64,000 nt of DNA, from the NCBI GenBank assembly GCA_050084985.1, contig JBITNC010000001.1, positions 146,878,001 through 146,942,000 on the forward strand, in the 5' to 3' direction. The notes beneath the pieces are model-generated. The model had not been told where the DNA came from. It saw nothing but the letters and a program-made list of their open reading frames with translations, and ran no database searches. Position numbers and translations under genes: made by a program. This DNA comes from Nageia nagi (lineage: Eukaryota; Plantae; Pinophyta). The stretch's first letter is position 1. The number at the start of each line of letters is the position of its first letter. Shown piece after piece: positions 50,233 through 62,170 of the stretch.

Positions 50233-50963
50233 GTTGTAACTCTAGACCACCTCCACATTGCAGGCTCTATAGATCCTATGACCAATGGCATAAACCTTCA
50301 TCATAGGCATGCGTCGCCAACTTCTACTCGGTGTCTCTAGAATTGACCTTGGATATCAGGAGGATTCTAAGGGAAGTAGATACTGGTCCATGTATTGGCC
50401 AGCCTTGACCTCAACCAATGATACTTCCAATGATGCATTTATTGTTCTTTATCTCTAGCTATATTTCTCATTCACTTCTTGCGTTTTGTGGGAATTTTTT
50501 GTTTCTCACTGTTTATACTTGAAACTACACGTTATAGGGTTCACCTTCTTTCTGTTTTTGACTCTGCAGTATCCTAGTTTTGATAGTTTAATGATTTTTC
50601 TTACTTTTCTGTTTTGGGGTACTTTCTATACCTTTATACTTCATATTCTCCTTGTACTGTTGAGCATCGCTTGCCTGCTTTTATCTTTTATAGATACTAA
50701 TTTACCCTCCTGCATATCAATTGTCCTCTTTCTTATCTGAGAAACTTAGTCCTTTGATGGTTATACAGATTTTTTTGTGGAGTATTTTAGTCACTTTGTG
50801 GAATTCATAAAAGATTAGTCATACGAGCTGGGGGATATCTGACCAAGATCTGTTTGGATTAACTCACCAGCATTATTCAGAATCTAGTTGATGGATAACC
50901 TTCCATTGGCAGAGCTTTTCTTTAGTTCAACTTCTTTCAGTTTTCAAAATATTAGTTATGAAT

Positions 50964-51068
50964 GCAAGTTGTACGAAATGTGGAAATGTTTCCAAGTTTC
51001 CGAAACGGGAACACCTGAAAATGTGACCCCTCCGAAATGGGTATGCTGGAGAAACACATTATATAAAA

Positions 51069-51105
<37 letters not shown>

Positions 51106-51329
51106 TTTTTTAAATACCACATTAACTTGCAAAAAAATAAGAATGATACATATAAATAATATTTTAGAAGAAAAACCATAACTATATTAACTCCCATAGA
51201 TGATTACATGATGCAAAATCCAAAATAAACCTTTATATATGAGGTTTTACAAGTTTCTGAGTTTTTTCCAAGTTTCTGGAAGTTTCTGAAATGGGAATGC
51301 AGTTGTTTTACAAGTTTCCTGCAACTTAG
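50964..51329. mobile_element. hAT-type MITE
   Basis: TIRs GCAAGTTGTACGAAA / TTTCCTGCAACTTAG. TSD TTATGAAT/TTATGAAC. GTTTC subterminal motifs and an internal (TA)n run. Confidence 0.75.
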
Positions 51330-54300
51330 TTATGAACAAATTTATGGTATTTTCTTATTCTTGCTGATCTTGTTATATTCATTCTATTGTTTCTCCAAGT
51401 TCTAAATATGATTGCTAGATCAGTTACATATTTCTTCTGAAGTTGGCTATTTCTCATTCTGATCATCTGGTGGCTGGTCAACTTAATTGTTCAGATTTAA
51501 TACATTGGTGTCAATTTTGTTCTCCAGTTGTTTACCGAGATAGCTTACCTTGAATCCTCATTTTAAGCATGTTTCTTTTCTTGCTAGTACTAGTTACTTG
51601 TTCTTGATGGTTGGATTGAGCAATTATGCATTTTATTTCGTATTCTTTCTGGTTATTGGCTGAAGTTTTCATAGTCGGAGTTATCCAATTCTTGCCCTCA
51701 TGCTCATTATATTACTCTTCAGTCCTGGTTTCTGTGCCAAGTTCAATTGATGGGTTGTAGGATGTCCAAACAAATGCACTTCACTCAAGAGAGCTCTTTC
51801 TGACAAGATGAGTCATCTGGTAACATTTTTCTAGGCACAAATTTTGAATTTGCTCCACCTGAGGAGTTATGGGTGATGTAGACAATTGCAATCCTCATGG
51901 TAAGACGGATTCAAAGGGATGGATCTCATGAAGGGGTATTTTGTAGGTCCAACACTTCAATCCCAGATTCAGAAAGATTTCCTAAATTATGACAGATTGC
52001 AAGAACACCTAATCTGGGATTTCTGGAATGCAAAACTATAGATTCTTGAAAGACTGAAAACAACTGAATTGAATTGATATGGATGTGGATCTAGTTTTGC
52101 TAGGGATACTGAATCCCTCCTCTGGGATTCATAGATTCATTCTCATAGGGTTTTGCAAGAAACATACTCTGATTCCATTTGTTATCGAACAACATATACA
52201 GAGTAGATGGAAAATAATACTTCCATAGCAGCATATTCAATACAGTTACATTTCACAATGTAAAAATTATCTCATTAGTGCACGCTGGAAAACTTGTCTT
52301 GGCAAACTTACATTAGTACGTCTCCAACAGGAAGAAGAACTCAGCTGTAACATCCGAAAGCTTTCTAAAAACTTGGAATAATCCCAAATAAGTCACCAAG
52401 CAAAGCCAATTTTCATGCAAATGCATAAAAAAAGAGAGGATTAAATTCAGTTTGAGGCCTTGACCAGAAAATTCTAGTAGTTGAATATCTCCAAAAGCTA
52501 CATTGCACTGTTTCTTCTTACACTATAAATACACGAGCCATCTGAAATGCATACTCTTCAAATGTGTATTTACCTGCTAAGTGCTAACCCATGCTGTATA
52601 TGGCTAACCAAGTGAAAACAATGATTTTAAAGAATGTTTTTGCTTTCCATATGCAATGACATTAATGTTGCCAATGCACTTGAAGATCAGCGTTACCCTT
52701 GCATATTTAATGTGTGGAACAATCTTTGTAGCATCTTATGCATACATAGAGATATTTGGTAACATATTTGACAGCCTTATGAATAGTTTGCAAAGACCCT
52801 GCAGCACAGCTTTATCCATAACACAAAGTGCAAGTTCTTCAGTAACTTCATTCCTAGAAAACCACCAGTTAGATGAATTTTAGTTGATGTAAAGTGCTTA
52901 TCAAGGTGCTATATTTACTCATAATTGATTCGTAGGGTCAATCCAAAGCTTTCACTTTCCTATTTGCTTGACATGTGTCAAATCAAAGCTTAATTAAGCA
53001 TGCCTGCGGTCCAATTTGCCCTATTTCAAATTAAGAAGTTCAATATTTCTAACCTCTAATGAATTGTGAATGAGTGTCAATCTAAACTAGCATTTCAGCT
53101 TCTCGTTTGTTTTGTATGGGACAAATCAAAACCTAATTAACTATGTCTACGATGTAAACTAGCCTTTTTCCAAATTCAAAAAATCAGAGCTGGTATTGTC
53201 TCACTTAACAAAGGTGCAAAATGAATAATGGTTGAGTGATTTTTCCTCCTTACTTTCATACCATTCATCAAACTCAATCTGTCATCTAATTTCTGCTAGT
53301 GTGTGTAAGTGCATGGTTGAATTGTATTTTTGGTAATTCAAATCAGGAGGTGAATGTATTTGTAGCTGTGTAGTTCTCGAGTTCCTATGCCTTCTTCCGT
53401 GAAGCCCTCTATTTATGTAATTATATAACCATGATATTGATTTATACATCAATATGCCCAAGGACTTCTATTAATTGTTATGTATTTAACACTGGTACTA
53501 TCTGAACTTAAGTGTAGATTATCGAGGGAGGATCCAGGCTGTGGAATTAAAGTATTTTCTTTTGAGTACACCCCCGTCACATAGGGGAAAACCTTTTACC
53601 AGGTACACAGAGTTGCGAGTCTTATGCTTTGTTGTTAGCTGGCTGTGATGATTCCTTGCAATTAGTTTTAACCTCAAGATGTTTGAGATCATCCAACTCT
53701 GGTGACTTGGGTGAATATCTCCTGCTGGGTAATTTATGTATAGCTGAGTTTGAGATTGGGCATTGTAATAAGCTGGGTGAGTGTTTGTGCCAAACTTCAC
53801 GAGCTCAATATTGAGGAAATTAAATACATAACACTTGATGTTGTGAGCAATAACATTATTTTTATGATGGCATTTACTTAATGTACTTGCATATACTCGT
53901 AGTGATGTTATAATTCATTTGTGCATGGATGCAATGGTCATAACATATAATACAAGGTACCACCAAAGACTTGTATCTGCAATATAAATGTTGCAAAACT
54001 GTCTGATGAAATTCATCTATGTAGCTGTTGAGATTAGATGATATAGTTTTATTTACCAGCAGTGGATAAAACTTCTAGTTTGGGGTGGGTACTGAAATTT
54101 TGGTTGGTTGAAATAGATAATTTTATATTCCTAGTTTCTCAATTTGCACGGCTTATTGTTTTCTGTGTTGTATTCAGTATTTTCCTAAGTTCTTTGGGAG
54201 TTCTATGGAAAAGTATGAAAGCCATGGCTTTATCTTTTATTTTGCTTGCCGATGCAGGCATTATCATACACAATTCAGAGGAACTGATTATTATTAGTAG

Positions 54301-54421
54301 TATGAAGATAACCTACTTCAAGATGTGTGGTTATTTATCTTAAAAAGAAGGAATGGACATAATAGTCAGTCTATTTTGTATGTTTGCATTACCAACTATA
54401 TGCACTGGCTTTTGCTTGCAG

Positions 54422-54715
54422 GTTTATGGGTACAGGATGTCACTATGGGCAGAGCAGTTGGGACATGTTGAAAACTCCTTTGATCATCCAGAAAGCCTAG
54501 ATTGTGTCCGAAGGGTAAATAGTATAGCCGAAACAAATTGGCACCTATATTCAGGAGAAGAAGTGATAGAAACGAAGGGGCATCTTTTGAAATATCCTGT
54601 CCAGGTTGATGCAGATGGGAAAATTGAATCATTGCCTGGGCATGAGAACTTCCCTGATGTTGGGGGAAAAATTGTGGGGGCACATGGAAATCTTCCTGAT
54701 ACTCTTACTACTTGA
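54422..54715 (+). CDS. PLDdelta: PLD delta-like last exon (VYGYRMSLWAEQLG...FPDVGGKIVGAHGNLPDTLTT*)
   Basis: CAG acceptor ending at 54421, PLD C-terminal domain, delta-type LPDTLTT end, TGA at 54713-54715. Confidence 0.97.
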   Translation, partial: VYGYRMSLWAEQLGHVENSFDHPESLDCVRRVNSIAETNWHLYSGEEVIETKGHLLKYPVQVDADGKIESLPGHENFPDVGGKIVGAHGNLPDTLTT

Positions 54716-56580
54716 TATGACACCAATTGCTGTTTGTAAATGGTATCTGGTTTCTAATAAAATGTCTCTGGGGATGCAATGAGGTGGAGCTACCAATAGG
54801 AAAAAGCTCTTTGTTTTAAAATTAAATCTATTTTCTGGCATTAGAGAACTGTTTTTAGGACAGTTGCAGTCCATTGCAAGTGTACAAGTCTTTTGTTGTA
54901 AAGTTGTCTACATAAACTAATTGTGCGATTTTGTAATTATTCCAACTTCGGTGGCCTGGGATGGCATTATTGAACTCTATCCTAAGTCATTGGCAGTTTT
55001 ATGGCGTCTATTTTCCTACTTGCTGACTAAATCTCTTACTGTGCAAGCGTTTTTCCAATCGTGTGATTGTGATTAGATTATCAATGCTAAGAATTTCAAG
55101 TATTTAGGTGTAATGTTTTTGACATACTATCCAGCATTACTAAGGGGTCCAATGGCAGAAGGTGCATTGTTCAGTAGTATAACTATGATATCAATTTCTT
55201 GATACCATCTACTATGTCCTTTATATGTTTCTGCACAACATCATTTCTATCAATTAGGCAATGAAATTTTTATGATTGAAGTTGGCAACCAAAACATGCT
55301 ATTTTTGGTTATTCTTTATTCAGTTATGCGTTCATCAACTGTAATAGGCATTCCGGAGTGGATTATGATCTCTAATTGAATGAAAGTCTCATTTTCAAAG
55401 CCTTAATAGTTGAGACTTGCTTAAAAACTTGTTTTTCAAACTGCTCAGTTAAAAGTTTCAATAGGTCATGTCACTTAGAGGCCTTGACCATATGCATTAT
55501 TTGTTGAATTTTGAAATGTTTAATACCTTATTGGTCAATCTATGCTTTCCTCAGTGAAATAGTAAACGTGTTGGTGTTTTTAAATAGAAAATTAGAAATG
55601 AAAAATATGTACTTTCTTGCAAATGAATATTTTTGTTCAACTTTCTTGATTGTCTGTTGCTGTCCATTTGCCTTACGACAATGGCCACCACTACTTTCAA
55701 AGCATAGATGTACAAAATAAACGGTGTACCAAAATGTGTTAGGCCAAAGTCTGCAAAATTATAATCTTTAATGTCACAACAGAATTTTTTTCATCTGTGT
55801 GCCAATGGGGATCACCTTGCTTATCAATTAATATTGTAGCGGTTGGGTTATGTTTTTGAACCTTGAACAAAAAATATTTTTATGAAGAGCCTTAGTCATA
55901 TCAATATATAGAAACCTCCTTGTACAGCCGAACAGGATTCATCATTTATACAACATTGTGTGATTATCTGTTTAAATTATGCAAATCGCAATTCACAAGA
56001 ATGGATTTCTCATATTATGAAGTTAAACTGGAATGATGCTTTCAATTGAGTTCATCTCACTGAAAGATTGCACCATTGCTTTTTGAGGTGAAGGCATTCT
56101 GTTGTATGTAAAGGTGCCTCACGTGGCAGTCAATTTTATCTCAAAATAATCTCTAGTTTTAATTTTTACTTCGTTTTATCCTAAGAGGTGTAAAGATATT
56201 GTTTGACAAGGGATGTAAAGATATAATTTGACGAGGGATGTTTGTCTTTAGTACTTGCCTTGTTTGGGTCTCAAAACTGTACGTACATTTCATTGTTCAA
56301 CTTCTGGCTATTAGAGTGTCAACCATAAATATAACCTCTACGTGCAACAACTTGTTAATTTTTCTTTATCATATGTTTCAATAAAGGCCAGATATTCCTC
56401 TGTTTCTATCGTGAGGTTTTTGCACTACGGTTTATCCGTCTTTCATGTTGTATGATATTGGTATTATAATGTTTTAGATGTGTATACCAACTTTTTAAAG
56501 ACCTTGGTAGGTTTACTTTGACAATACTATTTCTTGCCTTTCGAGAGTTTTTCAACATTTAAGTTAAGGGTAATACAAAT

Positions 56581-58210
56581 CATAGGATAAACAAATGGTT
56601 TTTGGAAAATACGATTTGGAGTAAATACGTAAAAACGGTTAATAAACGGTCAAAGTATTGTGAATGCGGTAAAAATTTGTAAATATGGAAAATACGATCA
56701 AGAAAACGGACAAAAAATGGTAAAGAAACAGAAAATAGGAGAAAAGTACGTGACAAAATAGAAAATTCAGTAAAAAACCAGATAAAAGATTGGAAATAAA
56801 TTTCAAATTCCGAAAAACTATATGTGGTGCATTAAAAAATTGAAAAACATGCAAATTTTTTTTTTTTTTATATTTTTCTATAGAATATGTTTATCTAATT
56901 GCCATAAATGATTAAATAGTTCACATAAACAACCATATCATCTACCAAAACAATCCAATGATGTGAGGGGAGTTGGAGAGGAGTGGGATGATAAAACTCT
57001 CAAAGTTGAAAAAGGGGGGTCCTAGGTTTAAAACTCTTCCTCCTCACATCATATGGATATGCTAAGTCCAACTGATGGGTAACCATGTTGGCATGGATGA
57101 GGTCGAGTGCGACTCTCGAGTGACTTTGCCGAAAGAGAACCCTTCAAACATGAAATCTAATTCCAAGAAATTGGCTTGCAAGAGTGGTTTCATAAAAAAA
57201 AATCATTTATCAAAACATTCGTAAATCATAACATCGATGTATGATAATAAGTCATCTACAAAATGTATGTCAGATCAAGATGTCTGATAAGTAGTGAGAA
57301 CTCATAAAATCATAGTGTATTACTAGTCTACTACTATCTCATACACTCATAATGCTATTAACAGGCTAGAGCCAAGCAACATCAAAGTACAAATAATACT
57401 AAATAACTAAATACAATGTCTCATGAGTCAGGACTCATCAATGTGTGTGGTCTAGCCTTTTTACTAATCAATTGGATGGCACTACCATCATTACCACCAT
57501 GTGTTCCACCTTGTAATTATTCGTCGAATAGACGTTTCACAAATATTACACTTGAAATACTAAGAACTACTTCAAACCCCCTCCAATGGAGTCACATATT
57601 GCCAAAATCTATCCAACTCCTTAGGCATTTTGCAAATGAAGTAGAGATCCTAGATTTGAACCTTCTCCTCCAACAATGCTTCCTTCTTGCTCCTTTCTCT
57701 TTCTCCAAGCCCAAAGTAGAAATGAGGAGAAAATCCTCCTTTTCCACCTTTCCTAGTTGCCTAGCTTTGACCCACGTTTTTGCACTATTTTTGGTATTTT
57801 TTGCCTGTCTAAATGCTATTTAAATGTGAAAGATGGTAAAAACACATTTTTTGGTCACTAAGCACAATTCTGCCTCTATCATGCTGCATTTTTTAGGCAT
57901 ATTTAACATCTTTAAGACTTTATACGTCGATTTTTGGAGGAAAAATGTGAAAATGGTAAATATGCATTTTTTCCTTTAACTCAATTTGAACCTACATTTT
58001 TTACACATTTGTGGCATTTTTTCAACGTTTTTTGGTTTTAAAAAGGTTTCTTTTATTGTTTTACCTTTTTTGTGAAACATGACGTCTTTTAGGCATTTTT
58101 CCATTTTTGGTAGAAAAAAAATGATGCTTTTTCTTGAGTTTTAGAGGAAAATATGGATTTTTTGGAAAGCTAACATTTTTGATGTTTAAAAGGCATTTTT
58201 TTATTCTATG
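56581..58210 (-). mobile_element. Internally deleted hAT element, same TIR family as 49790-50232
   Basis: Ends CATAGGATAAACAAATGG / GGCATTTTTTTATTCTATG. First ~110 bp align with the 49790 MITE. BED-finger-like remnant MPKELDRFWQYVTPLEG..FKCNIC at 57628-57535 (-). TSD not convincing. Confidence 0.75.
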
Positions 58211-58920
58211 ATTACACCATCCCATTCTCAATAGGTAGTGTTGATGCACGAGTAGAAGTGTAAGTATGAGTTATAGAGATAAAATCTTGATAGATTTTCT
58301 TAAGTTGACAATTTACCTTTTTCAAGAGAACTCCCAAAATGCATGCTAACAAGCTAGTGCCAACACTAGGGTACCTTCCACAAAGATAAATAATAATATA
58401 ATGGTAATATTGAACAATCAATTATGATACCAAGAAGGGATGAAATTTAAGTGTCAACAAATGCCCCCCTTTCTAAATTTAATGAAATGAAGTGTATTGA
58501 TTTTTGCAAATGAAAAAGTTGAAAAGAGAGAAAAAATGATCCATCCTTGATTTCAATGAGACAATGGATAATCAATTTGTTGATGATATTTTTTGCCCCC
58601 TCTATGCATTGATTACAGAGGGTGGTGGAGCCAATCAATTGAAATATCAAGGTTCAAAGAATTCTTGAGGAAAAGGGAAATAGAAAATACATCTCCAAAA
58701 CCATATAGATGATTATATTATTCATTCATAACAGTAACAATTAGGGCATAAAGATAATCATTCTTGCAAATCATCATCTTGGCAATGTCTAACTTCCTAT
58801 TCATAGATAAGAATCATCATAGTAAAATCAAACATTCTATTCATGGACATATGCATCATCATTCATCTTGAAAACATATATAACAATCATTGCAAAGATG
58901 AAATCAATATAATATGCATA

Positions 58921-59434
58921 TATCATCATGAGGTACATGCCCCATTCCTAGATGTAAACATAAACACAAGTAAAGTGTGTATATCGTCATAAGGTACAAA
59001 CCTTATTACTAGATGTACACAATATGGATATTTACATCATCATAAGGTATATACCTTATTCTTAGATGCAAACAAGGGATGCTAATGTCATGATGAGGTA
59101 CATGCCACATTCTTAGATGCCCACATAATTGATCATAAAAAAAGATATCATCATCACCAGCACATATGACCTGTACATAACATCATCATAAGGTACATAA
59201 TGCCTTATTGCTAGATGCATGTGATCATATATCATTTTCATGGGGTATATATCCCATTCCTAGATGGATATGTAAAAAAGAGAGCCATAAAATATTGTCA
59301 TAAGGTACGTAATACCTTATTCGTAGATGCATGTGACAAAGACAGAACATGAAATGATGGTTAATATCCCAACTAATAAAGATCATAAATGGTAGCATAC
59401 ATCGTTATGGGGTACATTCTCCATTCCTAAATGC
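58921..59434. repeat. Eight interspaced hairpin repeats
   Basis: Consensus CATC-RTC-ATRRGGTA-loop-TRCCYYAT-TCCTA-GATG at ~58921, 58982, 59035, 59086, 59181, 59233, 59293, 59400. Confidence 0.9.
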
Positions 59435-59762
59435 ATAACAAAGACTAATGATTTTTTAAAGTCCACCCAATAAGGATGTTCAACCAAAAAACTCATAATA
59501 AAGGGATGATGGTTATTTTTAATCCACCTAACAAGGACATCAACCAAGATACTTATAATAAAGGAAAAATGGTTATTGTTAATCCACCCAACAAGGACAT
59601 CAACCAAGAGACTTACAATAGAGGAATGATGGTTATTTGTATTCCACCCAATAAGGACATACAAGGTGCATTTTACTAACCAACCAAGGGTATATAGGAT
59701 GATGGTTTAATTCTCGAAACAAACAAAGGATGAAGTGATGGTTATTTAGATTCCACCCAATA
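59353..59762. repeat. ~60-bp degenerate tandem repeat
   Basis: GATGGTTATT...AATCCACCCAACAAGGACATCAACCAAG units. They create the repetitive ORF 59476-59679. Confidence 0.85.
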
Positions 59763-60950
59763 TGGAATTCTACTTAGATAATTAAGCATCATAAAGAATA
59801 AAAATATAGAGAAATTTTGAGAAAACATGTGATCATATACATGAACATAAAGTACATAAAGATCATATAAGAAAAAGAATCAAACATGGAGAATTAAGAG
59901 ACAAGCAAATGTAGCAATTATAGCCATATGCAAAAATAAATTTATGAAAGATATCAAAGTATTTTAGCCATGTTTGAAAGAAATAAAATTGAAACATGAC
60001 AATGAAAAGGAATAAGAGAATTAGAAAACATCACCTAAACCTACCTATGACAAGCCATGAAGAAAAGAGAAAAATGTTGACGTGAACATTGACACTAGTT
60101 CTAACTGTAGACACCTAAAAATGTCCCTTTTTAACTAGTAAACATTGAAATAATCATAACTCTTTGTGACAATATAAAATAGGTTTAAAAACCATATTAT
60201 TGGATAGCTCTCATCGAGTACATGCAAAACAAGTGGTCACATGACCCCTTTTCAGTAAAAATTGGCTATTTGGCGATCATTTTAATATTGTTATAAAAAT
60301 TGAAAATCAGTCGCCAGCGACCCAAAACAACCGCCGGCATTTTATAATGATAACCGGCGTCCGCCTAGTAATCGTTGGCAACTCTGTAACAGCCAAATAG
60401 AAACCAAAAATAATAAAAGAAAGTTGTAACGTCTCATTCTTTCAAGATGCTGTGGATAGAGGGGGTCAGTTACGACCTACGATGGCTTTTGACTCCTCCT
60501 TGCCAACCTTGGAAAATCTCACCTAAAAATCTATAAATACAAGCCAAAACAAAGCAATAGGGGGCCCATTTTTGGAAGTAGGGTAATGCTGCCAAAATCT
60601 TGTGAGCTCATACCTTTTTATTGTTTTATGCTAGTTTCAATTTAATCCATGTCATACATAGATGCTTTGATGTTATTATCTTTTGCATGTGTGTAGGATT
60701 TACAGGTTGTCCATATCAAGGAAAGAAGCAAGCAAATCAAAAACAATGAAAATCTAATACTCTCATATTGGCAAATGGCATTTGTAAAAGTCCCTTCCAA
60801 GGGCAAATTGTATTTTGAGCTGAAAATTAATATCAATTTACAATTACAACATTTCTACCTATTTTACATAGTTTGAAGTTCAGTGAAAATCTAAGAATAA
60901 TTGTATTTTATGTTATTCTACATTTTAGCTCTATTTTCACTGTAACATTC

Positions 60951-60967
60951 TGGCGCTAGAAGGAGGG
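60951..60967 (+). promoter_or_regulatory. Primer-binding site complementary to the tRNA-Asn(GUU) 3' end
   Basis: 17 nt complementary to ...CCCUCCUUCUAGCGCCA (plant tRNA-Asn, recalled), 3 nt after the LTR CA. Confidence 0.8.
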
Positions 60968-61284
60968 CCCCTCCATCATTAACAGGGAGGATTTCTATGT
61001 TCAAATATAGTTGTTCCTGTTTTGTTCACTGATTTCGATTGAATTGTTCCGTCTACTCACTTTAAAATTTTCGTTGTGTTTTTATAGTATGTCTGTTATA
61101 TAAACGCCAGCGATTGGAATCGGACATCGGCGACTCAAAAGGAATGCCAACGATTTACAAAGTAATCCAGACTAAACGTTGGCAATTTCATCATAAACGT
61201 CAGCATTTTTATTGAATGCCAGCGATCTCTGTTTAAACGTCGACGACCCTTACTCCAGGTCGTCTTGTCTCCTTTTGTTATTTC

Positions 61285-61319
<35 letters not shown>

Positions 61320-61493
61320 AAAATAGAAGGATACTTTTGACTGTGATTCCTTTGCCTAGAATGCATATAAGAATGGGTAGAAAAGGTTAAATGCATTTTT
61401 TATTAATTTACTTTATGTATAATGTTATGTATTTATTTTCATGTTTTGGGTGAAGGGTACGTACACATTAATACTTTTTATCTTGTCTACTTA

Positions 61494-62170
61494 TGCTCTC
61501 CCTTTGCCCTTCATGCGATCTAAGGTGACCAGAATAGACCTGATAAGAAGGAGTAATTAATTCTTCTTTTCTTTCACATTCACACTATCATTAATTTGGT
61601 TAATATATCACATATAATGACTTCTTACCAAGTCTGCCCTTACCACTCCATTGGAGGTCGAAGGGATATGTGACTAGTAAGAGGAGGTAATTTACTACAC
61701 ATAATACTTCCACAATTGGAAGGAGTAAATAAATCACATTAAAAGGAATGAACTTAAGGAAAATAAATCGGGTTTTTGGGTAGTATAAATCATATTAAAA
61801 GGTTAATGTATCGAATGGATTCGAATACACTAAGTACTTTCACTTAACAAAGCATGCTCTCACTTTTGCGCTTCAAGCGATCCTAAGTGATTAGAAATAA
61901 GTTAAGTGAAAGAGGTAAAATTTATTCACATCTTATTTGGAAATATACTTCACATTAACACTCTTAAAGATGTCTGCCCTTACCACTCCATTGGAGGTCG
62001 AAGGGATATGTGACTCTTAGAGGAGTAATTGAACTTCACTTAATTAATTTATCTACACTTAATGACTTTTTACTAAGTCTGCTCTTACCACTCCATTGGA
62101 GGTCGAAGAGATATGTGACTAGTAAGAAGAGGAAATTTATCACATATAATACTTCCACAGTTGGAAGGGG
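61494..62170 (+). ncRNA. Candidate cis-acting structured RNA modules in the retrotransposon leader
   Basis: Three copies of stem-loop A with compensatory changes, two of module B and two of a small CTTCCA...TGGAAG hairpin. See findings. Confidence 0.5.

Larger units (their letters stand above)
58239..60105 (-). mobile_element. Gypsy-type 3' region remnant (repeat-rich UTR, PPT, short or truncated LTR)
   Basis: Minus strand reads AGAAAGGGGGG-CATT-TGTTGACAC (PPT, then LTR start at 58459) and ends GCATCAACA at 58239. Two repeat arrays lie upstream. Confidence 0.55.

Noticed and set aside
52656-52883. hAT dimerisation-domain remnant (NWWFS...EELAL on the minus strand)
   Set aside because: Only a WW dipeptide matches, with no CERxxS motif or TIRs.
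54756-54761. AATAAA as the PLD polyadenylation signal
   Set aside because: Only 40 nt after the stop, and plant signals are degenerate. Cannot be supported without transcript data.
58921-59434. True CRISPR array (also considered for 8258-9486)
   Set aside because: Eukaryotic TE context, no cas genes, degenerate repeats and irregular spacer lengths. Kept only as hairpin arrays.
61621-62129. Hammerhead ribozyme / retrozyme
   Set aside because: No CUGANGA and GAAA core in the required arrangement on either strand.
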